From IMG/VR virus record IMGVR_UViG_3300021185_001461, positions 32,001 through 96,000 of that record: a DNA stretch of 64,000 nucleotides, one strand, 5' to 3'. The first letter of the stretch is position 1. Each line of letters starts with the position of its first letter. Source of the DNA: a virus. Made by a program: the position numbers and the translations under genes. This document shows, piece by piece, positions 46,359 to 57,800 of the stretch. The notes beneath the pieces are model-generated. The model saw only the letters and a program-made list of their open reading frames with translations, was not told the origin of the DNA and searched no databases.

Positions 46359-48767
46359 ATGTCAAGTAACGGCACACTTGCGGATAGAAACAACAATCCA
46401 GGAAACATTAGAACAAGCGGAGACAACTGGCAAGGCAGCAGTGGCGAGAATGGTGGCTTTGTTAATTTTACTCATGCCGAGTACGGTGTACGAGCAGTTG
46501 CAAAGAATTTATACACAAGTCAAGAAAAACATGGAAATAATTCAGTAGCAGCCATTATTAGTCGTTGGGCACCACCAGGTGAAAATCCCACAGATGCATA
46601 CATAAGCAAAGTAGCAAAAGATTTGGGTGTCGGTGCATATGATGACTTAGGCAGTTTACGAGATAATCCACAACTAACCGCAGACCTAATAACGTCAATG
46701 GCAGATATGGAAGGTGCTAGTACAGGACCTAATGGAAAATTCACCGACGAAGTTGTTGTACAAGGTGTTGCTATGGCAAATGGTACACCTGCATCAGAGA
46801 TTACATTTGCAGAACAGCCTACAGATTTTGATGACAGTCAATATGGATATGAGCAAGCATCGGGAGTTGACCAACTCTATGCAGAAAATGTAGAAGTAGC
46901 AGATGTTCAAAGAACAATAGACTTAGCCCAGTTAGATAGTACAGTTACACCAAATTGGTTAAGCACAGTAGATAGTCCAACATACAGATGGACATTATAT
47001 CTTGTAAACAATAAAATTTGGGATAATCCAAATTTAATTGGCAACGACGATGCCGCATTAAATAATTCCCAAGCATTTATTATTGCTAAACAAGGTGCTG
47101 AAAGTGAATTCAGTGTAGATAACTTTTTATCTCTTGCAAGAATCACGCCAGGTCAGCGACATGGTAATACTACACCGGGTGTAATTCAATTTGATTTATT
47201 TGAAAGTTTAGGATTTACATTCATGGATAAAGTGTTAACTGCTGGTAAGTCTCTCGGCAAGCCTGCTAATCTATACTCACAAAACTTTATATTAAAATTA
47301 GAATTTTTAGGAAGAGATCCAGTTACTTCCGGAAGTGTTCCTTTTCCTGGTGTATTTTTATACCCAGTTAAGTTTAATCAAATTAGAAGTCAAACTGGAC
47401 CAGAAGGAACAAGATATAATATTATTGCATGGTCAAATCTTAAACATGCACAAACAGAATCAGTTACACATACAGATGTAACCGTAGAAAATTTTACAAC
47501 AATACAAGAATATGCTTCGTCAGTAGAAACCTCAATTAACCAATCCGAAATTGATGCTATGTCTGCCGAAGCAAAACAAATGAGCTTAATACCACCAAGG
47601 CAAATTAAAATATTATTTGATCCTAACAGTGCATTAGCACAACCAAGAGACGATGATAGAAAAATAGACGGCAACCATTTGAGAAATTTTAACTTGGCTG
47701 TTAAAGCATGGGCAGGAACAACTGACACTGCAAGCAGTAATAGAACAGGAGCTAATCCACATGATGCTGATACAAATGTCATTACAATTGAACGAGAAAC
47801 TGGAATAGGACCAAAACTAGCACAAGACATAAAAAACAATTGCCCAGCATGGGATGAATGGGTATTAGAGGCAACAAAGTATGGATACACACCAAATATA
47901 GTAGTTGATCCTGTAATATCATATCCCGAGATAAAACAAAATCACCAATTGTATGGAAATGTAGAACCAGTATTAATTACATATATTATTAAAATTAATA
48001 TGAATAGAACAACCTTTCCTGGTAGTATTTCTGAAGGAAATGAAAATTTAGTTGATTCGGAATATCAAGTAAACAGATTTAAAACACTAGCAATTGAAAA
48101 AAGCTATTCTTATCTCTACACAGGAGTAAATACAGAAGTAATAAACTTTCAATTAGATGTACAAAATTTATTCTTTGTAATAGATCAACCAGGATCAGGA
48201 ACATTTGTAGCAGGCAGAACCTCAGAAGGTAAACAACAGTTTTCACCTGCTGAAATATCTGATTCATTATTTTTATCAGATATAAAACAATCATCAGTTG
48301 AACTAGGATATTTTAATCCAGTGCTTGGTGGTGTTGCAAAAGCAGACTCAGGACCAGAAGCACAGGTAAATGAATATACATACAATACAAATTCAGCAAT
48401 AGCACGTAGATTACAAGATATGGCTAAAAGAGAATATGACTCATTGAATTTTACTATGGAAATTAAAGGTGACCCGCATTGGATGGGTAACATGCAAGCA
48501 ACTATTTTAGGTAAGTTAGAAACACCAGATTATTCAGTACAAGATGGACTAATAACATTCTTACAGTTTAATCCCAATGCTGACAAATTATTACAAGAAC
48601 AAGTCAAGGGAGAAATAGACCCAATAAGTACAGGAGTATACAAATTAACCAGTGTAGAAAGTAGATTTCAAAATGGTCGATTTACACAACAATTAAATGG
48701 TATTAAAGATGTTAATTCAAATACAGCTTTACTACTTCCAAAAATAATAGAACTATCAGGAGAATAA
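46359..48767 (+). CDS. Baseplate hub protein (gp27-like) with N-terminal lysozyme-like domain
   Basis: RNNNPGNIR..F...EYGVRA..IISRWAPP N-domain; C-terminal EIKGDPHW, GVYKLTSVESRFQNGRFTQQL. Confidence 0.7.
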   Translation: MSSNGTLADRNNNPGNIRTSGDNWQGSSGENGGFVNFTHAEYGVRAVAKNLYTSQEKHGNNSVAAIISRWAPPGENPTDAYISKVAKDLGVGAYDDLGSLRDNPQLTADLITSMADMEGASTGPNGKFTDEVVVQGVAMANGTPASEITFAEQPTDFDDSQYGYEQASGVDQLYAENVEVADVQRTIDLAQLDSTVTPNWLSTVDSPTYRWTLYLVNNKIWDNPNLIGNDDAALNNSQAFIIAKQGAESEFSVDNFLSLARITPGQRHGNTTPGVIQFDLFESLGFTFMDKVLTAGKSLGKPANLYSQNFILKLEFLGRDPVTSGSVPFPGVFLYPVKFNQIRSQTGPEGTRYNIIAWSNLKHAQTESVTHTDVTVENFTTIQEYASSVETSINQSEIDAMSAEAKQMSLIPPRQIKILFDPNSALAQPRDDDRKIDGNHLRNFNLAVKAWAGTTDTASSNRTGANPHDADTNVITIERETGIGPKLAQDIKNNCPAWDEWVLEATKYGYTPNIVVDPVISYPEIKQNHQLYGNVEPVLITYIIKINMNRTTFPGSISEGNENLVDSEYQVNRFKTLAIEKSYSYLYTGVNTEVINFQLDVQNLFFVIDQPGSGTFVAGRTSEGKQQFSPAEISDSLFLSDIKQSSVELGYFNPVLGGVAKADSGPEAQVNEYTYNTNSAIARRLQDMAKREYDSLNFTMEIKGDPHWMGNMQATILGKLETPDYSVQDGLITFLQFNPNADKLLQEQVKGEIDPISTGVYKLTSVESRFQNGRFTQQLNGIKDVNSNTALLLPKIIELSGE

Positions 48768-48768
48768 T

Positions 48769-49974
48769 ATGGCATTAATGAAACACGACGGTGTACACGT
48801 TTCGAGACGAGGAACACAACATAACCAATCGAGTATTAACACACTCAGTGGAATATATGTTGGCGAAGTAATAGACAATACTGATAGTTTATACACAGGT
48901 AGAATAACTGTACGCATATCTGAATTTGGTTCAAAAGATTCAACAAGAGTATGTTTATTGGCTACACCATATGGTGGGCACACAAAAATACAAGACAGTG
49001 GAGATGATGAAACAAAAGAAGCACAAGCACCAACAAGTTATGGATTGTGGCCACAACCGCCAGAAGTAGGAACAAATGTTGTTATAGCATACACTGGTAG
49101 TATCGAACAAGGTATTGTAATGGGGTCGTTAATTGCAAAAGATAGAAATGCAATGATGGGTGGTAGAGCAAGTGGACAAGTATATACAGATGACGGCACT
49201 TCTTGTGGACCAGCAGTAGAAAAAAATGCAAAGGATACAAACGATGCTGATACTAAACCAGTAGATGAGTATTTTCAATCAGTGTTAAATCAGCAAGGTC
49301 TAAGTTTAGATTATGTTAGAGGACACAGTCAAAGTAGTGCTAGGAGAGAGTCGCCAAGTAAGGTATTTGGTATTACAACACGTCAAGGACATGTACTTAC
49401 ATTAGATGACGGCGATAGTAACAATTCTAGTAACAATATTAGATTGCGAACTAAAAGTGGTGCCCAACTTTTAATGGATGACAGTAATGGTTTTGTTTTT
49501 ATTACAAACCAGTCAGGCGATGCTTGGATCGAAATGGACTTTGCAGGTCACATAGATGTTTATAGTAAAGCAGGTATCAGTATGCACACTGAAGGTGATT
49601 ATAACGTACATGCCAAAGGCAGTATTAACATGCAAGCAGAAATAGGTGTAAACATAAAAAGCACAGGCGGTGATGGAATAAAATTAGAAACAACACAAGG
49701 TGCAATTGATGTATATAGTGCATTAGATATGAACTTGCAATCAGCTACTAATTATAATTTACTAGTAGAAGGTAATCAAGTTATTACTGGTACACAAATA
49801 GATATGAACCCATCAAAAGAAGCAGCGCCGGCAACAAAAACTCCAATACAAAATCAAATATCAAACACTAACATAAAAACAAGTACTGCAAGTAGAGTAC
49901 CAGAAAAACATCCGTGGCAAGGAGTAAGCGGCGTAGAAGAAACATTTACATCAGGTAAAGGAAATATTTTATAA
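48769..49974 (+). CDS. Baseplate central spike (gp5/VgrG-like)
   Basis: OB-fold GIYVGEVIDNTD..GRITVRI, PPEVGT, GHVLTLDD, RLRTKSG, beta-helix repeats. Confidence 0.88.
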   Translation: MALMKHDGVHVSRRGTQHNQSSINTLSGIYVGEVIDNTDSLYTGRITVRISEFGSKDSTRVCLLATPYGGHTKIQDSGDDETKEAQAPTSYGLWPQPPEVGTNVVIAYTGSIEQGIVMGSLIAKDRNAMMGGRASGQVYTDDGTSCGPAVEKNAKDTNDADTKPVDEYFQSVLNQQGLSLDYVRGHSQSSARRESPSKVFGITTRQGHVLTLDDGDSNNSSNNIRLRTKSGAQLLMDDSNGFVFITNQSGDAWIEMDFAGHIDVYSKAGISMHTEGDYNVHAKGSINMQAEIGVNIKSTGGDGIKLETTQGAIDVYSALDMNLQSATNYNLLVEGNQVITGTQIDMNPSKEAAPATKTPIQNQISNTNIKTSTASRVPEKHPWQGVSGVEETFTSGKGNIL

Positions 49975-50681
49975 TGCCAAGTTTTAATTTACAATCAACA
50001 GTTGATAGTAAAAATCTTATAGATTATAGTTTGTTTACTGTAATTGATAGCGATGCAGTGAATACTCTTATACCCTTGTCTGAACTTGAAGCAAGCGATA
50101 AATTAATTAATGCTAAAATAAGAAGCATTAAATGGCTTGGGTACAATAAAAATTCAGTTATTGGATATAAAAGAACTGTAGGATTAAACGGCAATGGCTT
50201 AACAGAAGCTGAAGCATATACAATTTGGATAGAAGAATTCAAAGACAAAGAAAGAGCGTTTAAAAAACAATTTCCATTAACTTCGTTAACACAAACACAA
50301 TATGATGCTATGTTAAGTTTGTATGCAGACACAGGAACATTTTCACGTGTAGGCAAAGCAACAAGACAATTTGAAATATTTGATTTTGTCACAGATAAAA
50401 AATGGGATTATGTAGCAACTGCATTAACACTAAGTGGTGCCGACAGACTTAACCGACAAGTAGATGCAAAAATATTAATGCTTGGAGATTACGGAACATA
50501 CAGAGATAGAAGTTACATTAAAGAAGATGGCATACAAGAACTTTTAAAAGAATACATTACTAACCAAATGAATGACGAACAAAGAAGTCAAGCAGAATAT
50601 GTTTATTATGCAGAAACAAAAAGATTCTTGCCAAACATGACTGAGAGTAGAAAAAGGCTTTTAGCAAAACAACTCAGTTAA
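49974..50681 (+). CDS. Lysozyme-like protein (GH24-related, possibly degenerate)
   Basis: IGY..GLTEAEA..LTQTQYDAMLSL..R..DA. Confidence 0.6.
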   Translation: MPSFNLQSTVDSKNLIDYSLFTVIDSDAVNTLIPLSELEASDKLINAKIRSIKWLGYNKNSVIGYKRTVGLNGNGLTEAEAYTIWIEEFKDKERAFKKQFPLTSLTQTQYDAMLSLYADTGTFSRVGKATRQFEIFDFVTDKKWDYVATALTLSGADRLNRQVDAKILMLGDYGTYRDRSYIKEDGIQELLKEYITNQMNDEQRSQAEYVYYAETKRFLPNMTESRKRLLAKQLS

Positions 50682-50729
50682 CTCATTACAAAATAATTTA
50701 AATACTATTATAATGCAAGGAAAATAAAC

Positions 50730-51284
50730 TTGAATAAAAGCGTTTTACTACTTAATGCTGATGGGCAACCATTATCACAAATGCCACTTAGCACAGTCAG
50801 TTGGCAAGATGCAATTAAGGCCATGTGGTCGGAAAAAGTACACGTAATTAAAAATTATGATGATGAGTTTCTCCGGTCACCAACAGTAACTATTCCATAC
50901 CCAAGCATTATTATGCTTAACACTTATCACAAGCAACCCTCCAAAGCAAAATTCACTCGTAGAAATTTATATGTCAGAGACAAATACTGTTGCCAATACT
51001 GTGGCGACAGGTTTGTTTACAATGACTTAACAATTGATCATGTTATTCCAAAGTCAAAAGGTGGAAGACTAACATGGGAAAACAGTGTTACTGCTTGTGG
51101 TCCATGCAATGTAAAGAAAGGCGATAGCTTATATCCTTTACCTATGCAACGACCAACACACCCTTCGTGGTACCAAATAAACTATGCTTACCAGCATCAT
51201 ACACTAATAATACCCGATGCAGCTTGGCAAAAGTACATACATTGGCAAGAAGATAAGCTAATTATAGAACCATTATCTACTTAG
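50730..51284 (+). CDS. HNH endonuclease (McrA-like)
   Basis: VLLLNAD, RRNLYVRDKYCCQYCG, LTIDHVIPKSKGG, WENSVTACGPCNVKKG. Confidence 0.92.
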   Translation: MNKSVLLLNADGQPLSQMPLSTVSWQDAIKAMWSEKVHVIKNYDDEFLRSPTVTIPYPSIIMLNTYHKQPSKAKFTRRNLYVRDKYCCQYCGDRFVYNDLTIDHVIPKSKGGRLTWENSVTACGPCNVKKGDSLYPLPMQRPTHPSWYQINYAYQHHTLIIPDAAWQKYIHWQEDKLIIEPLST

Positions 51285-51308
51285 TTAATCTTTTGCATAA
51301 ATAGTTGT

Positions 51309-51692
51309 ATGAGCAATATATTTGGATATACAACAATTAACGAATCTTACACAAGTAAAAATCTGAGTGGCTTAGAATTAGCCAAACAGGATCTAATAAA
51401 CCATTTTCATATACGTAAAGGAGAGAAATGGACAGACCCTACGTTTGGGTGTGACTTGCCTCTTTATATATTTGAACCACTAGATCAATCAACTCAAGAC
51501 GACATTAATCAAGAAGTTTATAGGGTAATAAGTTACGATCCTAGATTTCAAATAGTTGACACAAATATAAGAGTCGTGCAAGAAGCACACTCAGTAACAG
51601 TTAATGTAAAATTAAATTACTTACCAACAACAACTGCAACCGACTTGCAGATCAAATTCGATAGAGAATTTATAGAAAACGCAGAGTTTTAA
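51309..51692 (+). CDS. Baseplate wedge subunit (gp25-like)
   Basis: DLINHFHIRKGEK..PTFGC..FEP..YDPR. Confidence 0.9.
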   Translation: MSNIFGYTTINESYTSKNLSGLELAKQDLINHFHIRKGEKWTDPTFGCDLPLYIFEPLDQSTQDDINQEVYRVISYDPRFQIVDTNIRVVQEAHSVTVNVKLNYLPTTTATDLQIKFDREFIENAEF

Positions 51693-51694
51693 TT

Positions 51695-54600
51695 ATGGCA
51701 CAAAAATCAAGACAAAATAAACTTTTTGCGGCAGAAGACTTTACAGTAATCTACGAATCATATGTTAATGCAAACTTTCAAGCATTTGACTTTGATACTA
51801 TTAGAACTGCAATGGTTGACTATGTACGCAATAATTATCCAGAAAATTACAATGACTGGATAGAATCAGCTGAATTTGTATCACTACTAGATGTAGTTGC
51901 ACAGTTTGGACACAACTTAGCATATCGAGTAGATATGAATGCTAGGAATAATTTTTTAAGTACAGCACAAAAACAAGAGTCAATTTACAAGTTAGCAGAG
52001 TTTTTAGGATATCAGCCAAGACGCAATGTGCCAGCGTACGGTGAACTAAAAGTAGTAAGTGTTAAAACAAACGAAAATATTATTGGAAGTGATGGAACAA
52101 GTTTAGGCGGGCGAGATATTAAATATGAAATCTCAAACAATATTAATAACTTAGATGATTTCATTACAGTACTGAACTCTGTATTACAAAATAGTAATCG
52201 TTATGGTAGTCCAAAAAAGTCAGTAGTAATTAATAATATCAAAACAGATTTTTATGATCTTAATAATACACCCAATCAAATTAAATTTGATGCACAAGGA
52301 TCAGTATTAGGATCATCTGCACCCTTTAATATTATAAGCAGTAACTATGATAACGACACAAGAAACTTTACAGAAAAATATCCAGATCCAGTAGGAAGTT
52401 TTGGAATATATTATAAAGATGATGGAAAAGGAATAACCAGTGTTAATACTGGATTTTTCCTTGGCATTAAGCAAGGATCATTGCAGTTTCAAGACTTTAA
52501 TATAGATACTCCTATTGACAGTATGTCTTTGGATGTTAATGTTAAAAATATAAACAACTCAGACATATGGGTACAAAATGTTAATAGTACAGGTAATGTT
52601 GTTAAACAATGGACCAAAGTTAAAGATGTTAATAGTAATGTAATTTATAATAATTTAACAACAGGTGAACGTGACATATTCAGCGTTAAAACAAGAAAAG
52701 ATAATCAGATATCAGTTTTGTTTCCTGATAGTACATTTGGTAATGTTCCAAAAGATACTATTAGAATATGGTATAGAACAAGTGTAAACAATACATATAT
52801 TTTAAGACCAGACGATTTTCAATCTAAAAAAATACAAATAAACTATACTGGTACTGACGGTAATATTTATGTAGCATCATTTTTAGTGCAACTTAAACAA
52901 TCAATTTCTACTGCTAGTTCAAATGAAAGTTTAGACGAGATAAGAGAAAATGCTCCAAAGAATTATGCTAGTCAAGATAGAATGATTACTGCATCAGACT
53001 ACAACACAATGCTAGGAAACACAAATGGTGGAATATTAAAAATCAAAAGTGTCAATCGAACATTTAGTGGACACAGTAGATATTCTAAATTTATTGACCC
53101 AACCGGAACATACAGTAATTTATACTTAACAGGAAATGATGCGTCATTGCAATCAACTAATGACATACAACAAATGTCTGCAGCATCAACAGAAAATGCT
53201 AATCAAATATTTGAAAAATATTTAAAGAATATATTAGACAATGACGAATTTGTAAATTTATATTATACAAGATACAGAAAACATTTTGTAGCACTAGCAG
53301 TTGCAGCCGATCACTTTGATGGTGTAGTTAATTCGGGTAGTGGATTTTCTACAAACACAACTGAAACAGTACAATCTGCATCTACATACACTTGGAACAC
53401 AGATAGTACTACTGCAAGTAACATTTTAAATGGCTACTTCACAGATTCTACAAATACCAGAAAAAGAGTAGGTACTACTGTAAGTGATTATACACAATAC
53501 ATTACACCTGGTGCATTAATTAAATTTAAGCATGTAACAACAGATGATACTCCAGTAACTACATACAAATGGGCCAAAGTTATTAGTGTTGCAGGACATG
53601 GATTAGGCATAGAAGGTACAGGAAGTAATGCAGGACAACCAACTGGTAAGAAGGCAGATGGCACAGGCGCTATTGTATTAGACACTAACATAAAAGCTTC
53701 TAGTACTATTGAAATTATATATCCTGCTTTATCTAAAAAATTCTCTGTAAGAGAACAAGAACTAATTACAGATATGTTAGAAGCAAAAAGATCATTTAAT
53801 TTAAAATATATTCCAGAAAATAAATCATGGAGAGTTGATTTCCAATCCGAAGATATAAACTATGCTAATAGCACACCAGCTAATTATCCACCAGACTTTA
53901 ATACAAAAGATGCAAGTTGGGTTATTTGGGTAGAATATACAGACACAAATTATGATATATATTTGAGAACTCTAGGATTTAAATTTGCAAGCAACACAGT
54001 ACATTTGGGTAATATTAAAAACGAACTAGAAATAGGAACGTATACTAAAAAAGCAAAACGAGATATTATTACTATGCTAGGCGCTGATGGAACAAATATA
54101 ACTACTACTGGAACTTTTTATGTATATGGATATAATAATTATATAGATTCAGATGATTACAGATTAACATTAATTGATACTAATGCAGACAGTAGACCAG
54201 ATAATCCAGATACATTTAGAGATGTAGTAGGTGCCGGGAACACAGAACTACCTAATCCAGCAAACTTTCAATGGGAGCATATTGCTACAGATAACCAAGC
54301 AGTGGATCCAAGTTTTACAAATATTATTGATGTATTTGCATTATCAAAATCGTATGATACAGAATATAAAAATTATTTAAATGATATAACATTAAGCGAA
54401 CCAATTCCACCTTCTAGTTATCAATTAGGAACACAGTTTTCTAGTGTTCAAGATAAAAAAGCAATAAGTGATACAATAGTTTATAAGCCAGTTAAATATA
54501 AACCATTGTTTGGAACACACGCAGAACCACAACTTAGAGCAAGGTTTAGAATAATTAAATTGTTTGGCTCTAACATCACCGACAGTGATTTAAAAACAAA

Positions 54601-54871
54601 AACAGTATCAGCTATAAACAGTTTCTTTGATTCAAGTAATTGGGACTTTGGTGAAACATTTTATTTTACAGAGTTGGCTGCATATGTACACAAAGAACTA
54701 GCAGGCATTCTAAGTAGTTTTGTTATTGTACCACAAGGTGCAGGAAGTGTATTTGGAGATATGTTTGAATATACACCAAACACAGATGAACTTATTATAC
54801 CAGATGTGAATGTAGATGATATTGATATTATTGAAAACATTACAGACGCAAATATTAAAGCAGGAAGTTAA
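51695..54871 (+). CDS. Baseplate wedge subunit (gp6-like)
   Basis: DFDTIR, YNDWIESAE, LAEFLGYQP, ESLDEIRENAP, QDRMITASDY, WDFGETFY. Confidence 0.9.
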   Translation: MAQKSRQNKLFAAEDFTVIYESYVNANFQAFDFDTIRTAMVDYVRNNYPENYNDWIESAEFVSLLDVVAQFGHNLAYRVDMNARNNFLSTAQKQESIYKLAEFLGYQPRRNVPAYGELKVVSVKTNENIIGSDGTSLGGRDIKYEISNNINNLDDFITVLNSVLQNSNRYGSPKKSVVINNIKTDFYDLNNTPNQIKFDAQGSVLGSSAPFNIISSNYDNDTRNFTEKYPDPVGSFGIYYKDDGKGITSVNTGFFLGIKQGSLQFQDFNIDTPIDSMSLDVNVKNINNSDIWVQNVNSTGNVVKQWTKVKDVNSNVIYNNLTTGERDIFSVKTRKDNQISVLFPDSTFGNVPKDTIRIWYRTSVNNTYILRPDDFQSKKIQINYTGTDGNIYVASFLVQLKQSISTASSNESLDEIRENAPKNYASQDRMITASDYNTMLGNTNGGILKIKSVNRTFSGHSRYSKFIDPTGTYSNLYLTGNDASLQSTNDIQQMSAASTENANQIFEKYLKNILDNDEFVNLYYTRYRKHFVALAVAADHFDGVVNSGSGFSTNTTETVQSASTYTWNTDSTTASNILNGYFTDSTNTRKRVGTTVSDYTQYITPGALIKFKHVTTDDTPVTTYKWAKVISVAGHGLGIEGTGSNAGQPTGKKADGTGAIVLDTNIKASSTIEIIYPALSKKFSVREQELITDMLEAKRSFNLKYIPENKSWRVDFQSEDINYANSTPANYPPDFNTKDASWVIWVEYTDTNYDIYLRTLGFKFASNTVHLGNIKNELEIGTYTKKAKRDIITMLGADGTNITTTGTFYVYGYNNYIDSDDYRLTLIDTNADSRPDNPDTFRDVVGAGNTELPNPANFQWEHIATDNQAVDPSFTNIIDVFALSKSYDTEYKNYLNDITLSEPIPPSSYQLGTQFSSVQDKKAISDTIVYKPVKYKPLFGTHAEPQLRARFRIIKLFGSNITDSDLKTKTVSAINSFFDSSNWDFGETFYFTELAAYVHKELAGILSSFVIVPQGAGSVFGDMFEYTPNTDELIIPDVNVDDIDIIENITDANIKAGS

Positions 54872-54873
54872 TA

Positions 54874-57800
54874 ATGGCTAAGAAAAAAGCAGGACAACAA
54901 AAAGTCAACAATGTAAAATCTAGTAATTTTTTACCTAGTATTTTTCAAACAGAACTTAATAAAAGTTGGCTAGATAGTACACTAGATCAAATGGTTTCTA
55001 AAGGACCGCTTGATAATATAGATGGCTATATAGGTAGTAAGCACGGTAACATAGCAAAAGCCAATGATGTGTATATTGAGTCACAGGATTCTAAAACACA
55101 ATTAACTCCTGCACTTGTATCATATGATAAACAAAAACAATTAACTAATTCGATTGCGTTTGATGATATTGCTAATTCTATAAACACAAACTTTGCTACA
55201 TACAATTACAATTCAGCATATTCATCTGATAGATATACATTTAACCCACCAATTGATATTGACAAATTTGTTAACCATACCAACTATCGTTGGGTACCGG
55301 AGTTACCGGTATACGAAAGTATATGGACAGGTACTAGTAAAAACCCAATAACAGATATACAAACTAATGGCATCTCAACACTAACAGATGATAACAATAC
55401 ATTTACAGTTGAAAACCAAATGCTTATTAAGTTTACTGGGTCAGGTTGGGATGCAAGTGTTTTAAATAAAACATATATCGTAGCAGGCTCAGTAGGTGAA
55501 CACAAGTTGTATGAATATTTAGATGCAAGTGGAAACAGAGTATACAATAATACAGTAAGTCATTCAGAAGATGCAGATGGTGGATGGTGGAATGGAATAT
55601 TACACACTGTAGAATTAAACACTAGCTATAGTGGCTATCAAGCAAGTTCTGTTGAATCTCCACAACAACTAGTAGACCACTACAATGATGATCTTACTTC
55701 TTTAAAACTGCCGTATTTTAGTGGATTTACATTTCTTAACTACAAACCAGAATCTAACAACACACAACTTATTAAAAACACTCTTGTAAAATTTACAGGA
55801 AGTTGGACACATACAGGTATAACAAACAATACTGATATATTTTCGCTAACAATTGATGCTACTACAGGAGATGTATCCATTGCGGCTGCAACTGCTGACG
55901 AGATAGCATCAGCAAATACAACACTATCACCAGACAATAATTTAATGTACAACGAAGGATTTCCAGTAGATCCACAAAGAGATTATATTGTAATTGCAAA
56001 AGAAGATTCCGGACAAACTGCATGGAGTAGAGCCAACCATTGGGTTAACATCAGTACAATTAAAAAACTACAAGAACTGATACCTACATACGATTTTACA
56101 GAAGTTAAAAACATTAAAAGAAAAGCACAACGACCTATTATAGAATATAATGCAGAACTACACTTATGGGACACGCAAACAAAAACAAAAATTAATCAAT
56201 ATCCTTTGTATAAATTCTTTAACACAGAAGGTGAATCACTTGAAGGTGGATGTAATAAATCATTTACAGGTGAGAAGATTTTTGGTTATAAAGAAGGAAC
56301 AGGTACTAACGATACTGAACTAGGGTTTCCATTAAGTTATAAGGACACACCAAAGGGTGCTGAGTATGAATTTGAAAACTTTATTTTAACACACGAATAC
56401 TATACTAATCATTCTAATGCAGAATATTCAAAGGCAACGTATTCAAAGGAGCAACTAGGATACAACTTCTTTAAACAAAATAATGTGTTAAAAACTATTT
56501 ACACACCAGCTGGTATTCCAGCAGGTGCTTGGTCAACTGCACAATATAAAGTAGATACAACTGATGCCGCATTAGAAATTCCATATGGATCTGATAATTT
56601 TAAATTAAATGAAACATTCTTTTTACATAAAATAGATAATAACATTTCTATTAGTGTTGCATACAGCAACGGCACTACTAATACAATGCATACTGGTAAT
56701 GCGGAATTATATACAGTATGTGAAAGTGAAACAATTGAATTTAATAACTTAACTGATATAACATCAACAGAAATAAAAATAATTTCAAACGGAGTAGACA
56801 TTGAATCAACTTCTATACCCGAAATTACATTTACAAGAACTAGTGATAAAATAACTTTAGTAACAAGTGGGTCAAGTAATGGTAAGCAATTTAATGTAGT
56901 ACATGACGATGGTTCTACAGTAACAGTATTACAATCATTTATTATTGATACTGAATGCAATAAATCATTTTACAAAATTCAACTTAATGGTGCAAACATT
57001 GATCCATCAAAAGTAACTATTAACGCAACAACTATTTCAATAGACGAAAGCATACTTGCATTAGATGACTTAGTGGACTTTAGTTGGAGAAGCAATGATT
57101 TAACAAACGAAACAACTGATATAAGTTTACCTGATGTACATGTTCATAACTCAAGTAACTCAGTAATTAAAACATTTACAATGAGCGAAACAATTAATCA
57201 TTGGACAGATAAATTAAACTCTATGCCAGGATTTGATATTACCCTCGCTGATAATAATTATGCTAGTATACCTCATACTACACAGTATGGTGGAACAATC
57301 TTTGTACATGAGAATAATACTACAATGCATGACATTAATTATTCTAACAAAAAAGCAACAATTACTGGAGCATTAGTAGAACAAGGAAAAGAATTTAATG
57401 CATTTAGAACAAGAGTAAGTTCACAAGCAAGACGATTATTTACATTGGGTACTTCAAGTGTACAACAATTAACAGATGATGCAATTACTGAAATCATTAG
57501 AAACAAACAAAAAAATACATTGTATAATACATCTAATATGCTATACGGTGAGCTATCTAACAAACAACAATTTAGTTTAGAAGGCGCTATATCTACTTTG
57601 CCAAAAACATTTAAAACAAGATTTACATTTAACGGTGATACTAATATTAGAGATCATGTATATGTTTACTTAACAGAAAACAATGGAAGTGACAAACAAA
57701 TTAGAAGACTTCTTCTAAAAGATAGAGATTATAGATTCTTAAGTAACACAGTAGAAATACTTATTGACTATGCAGCCTTAGACAGTAATCTAACAGAACC

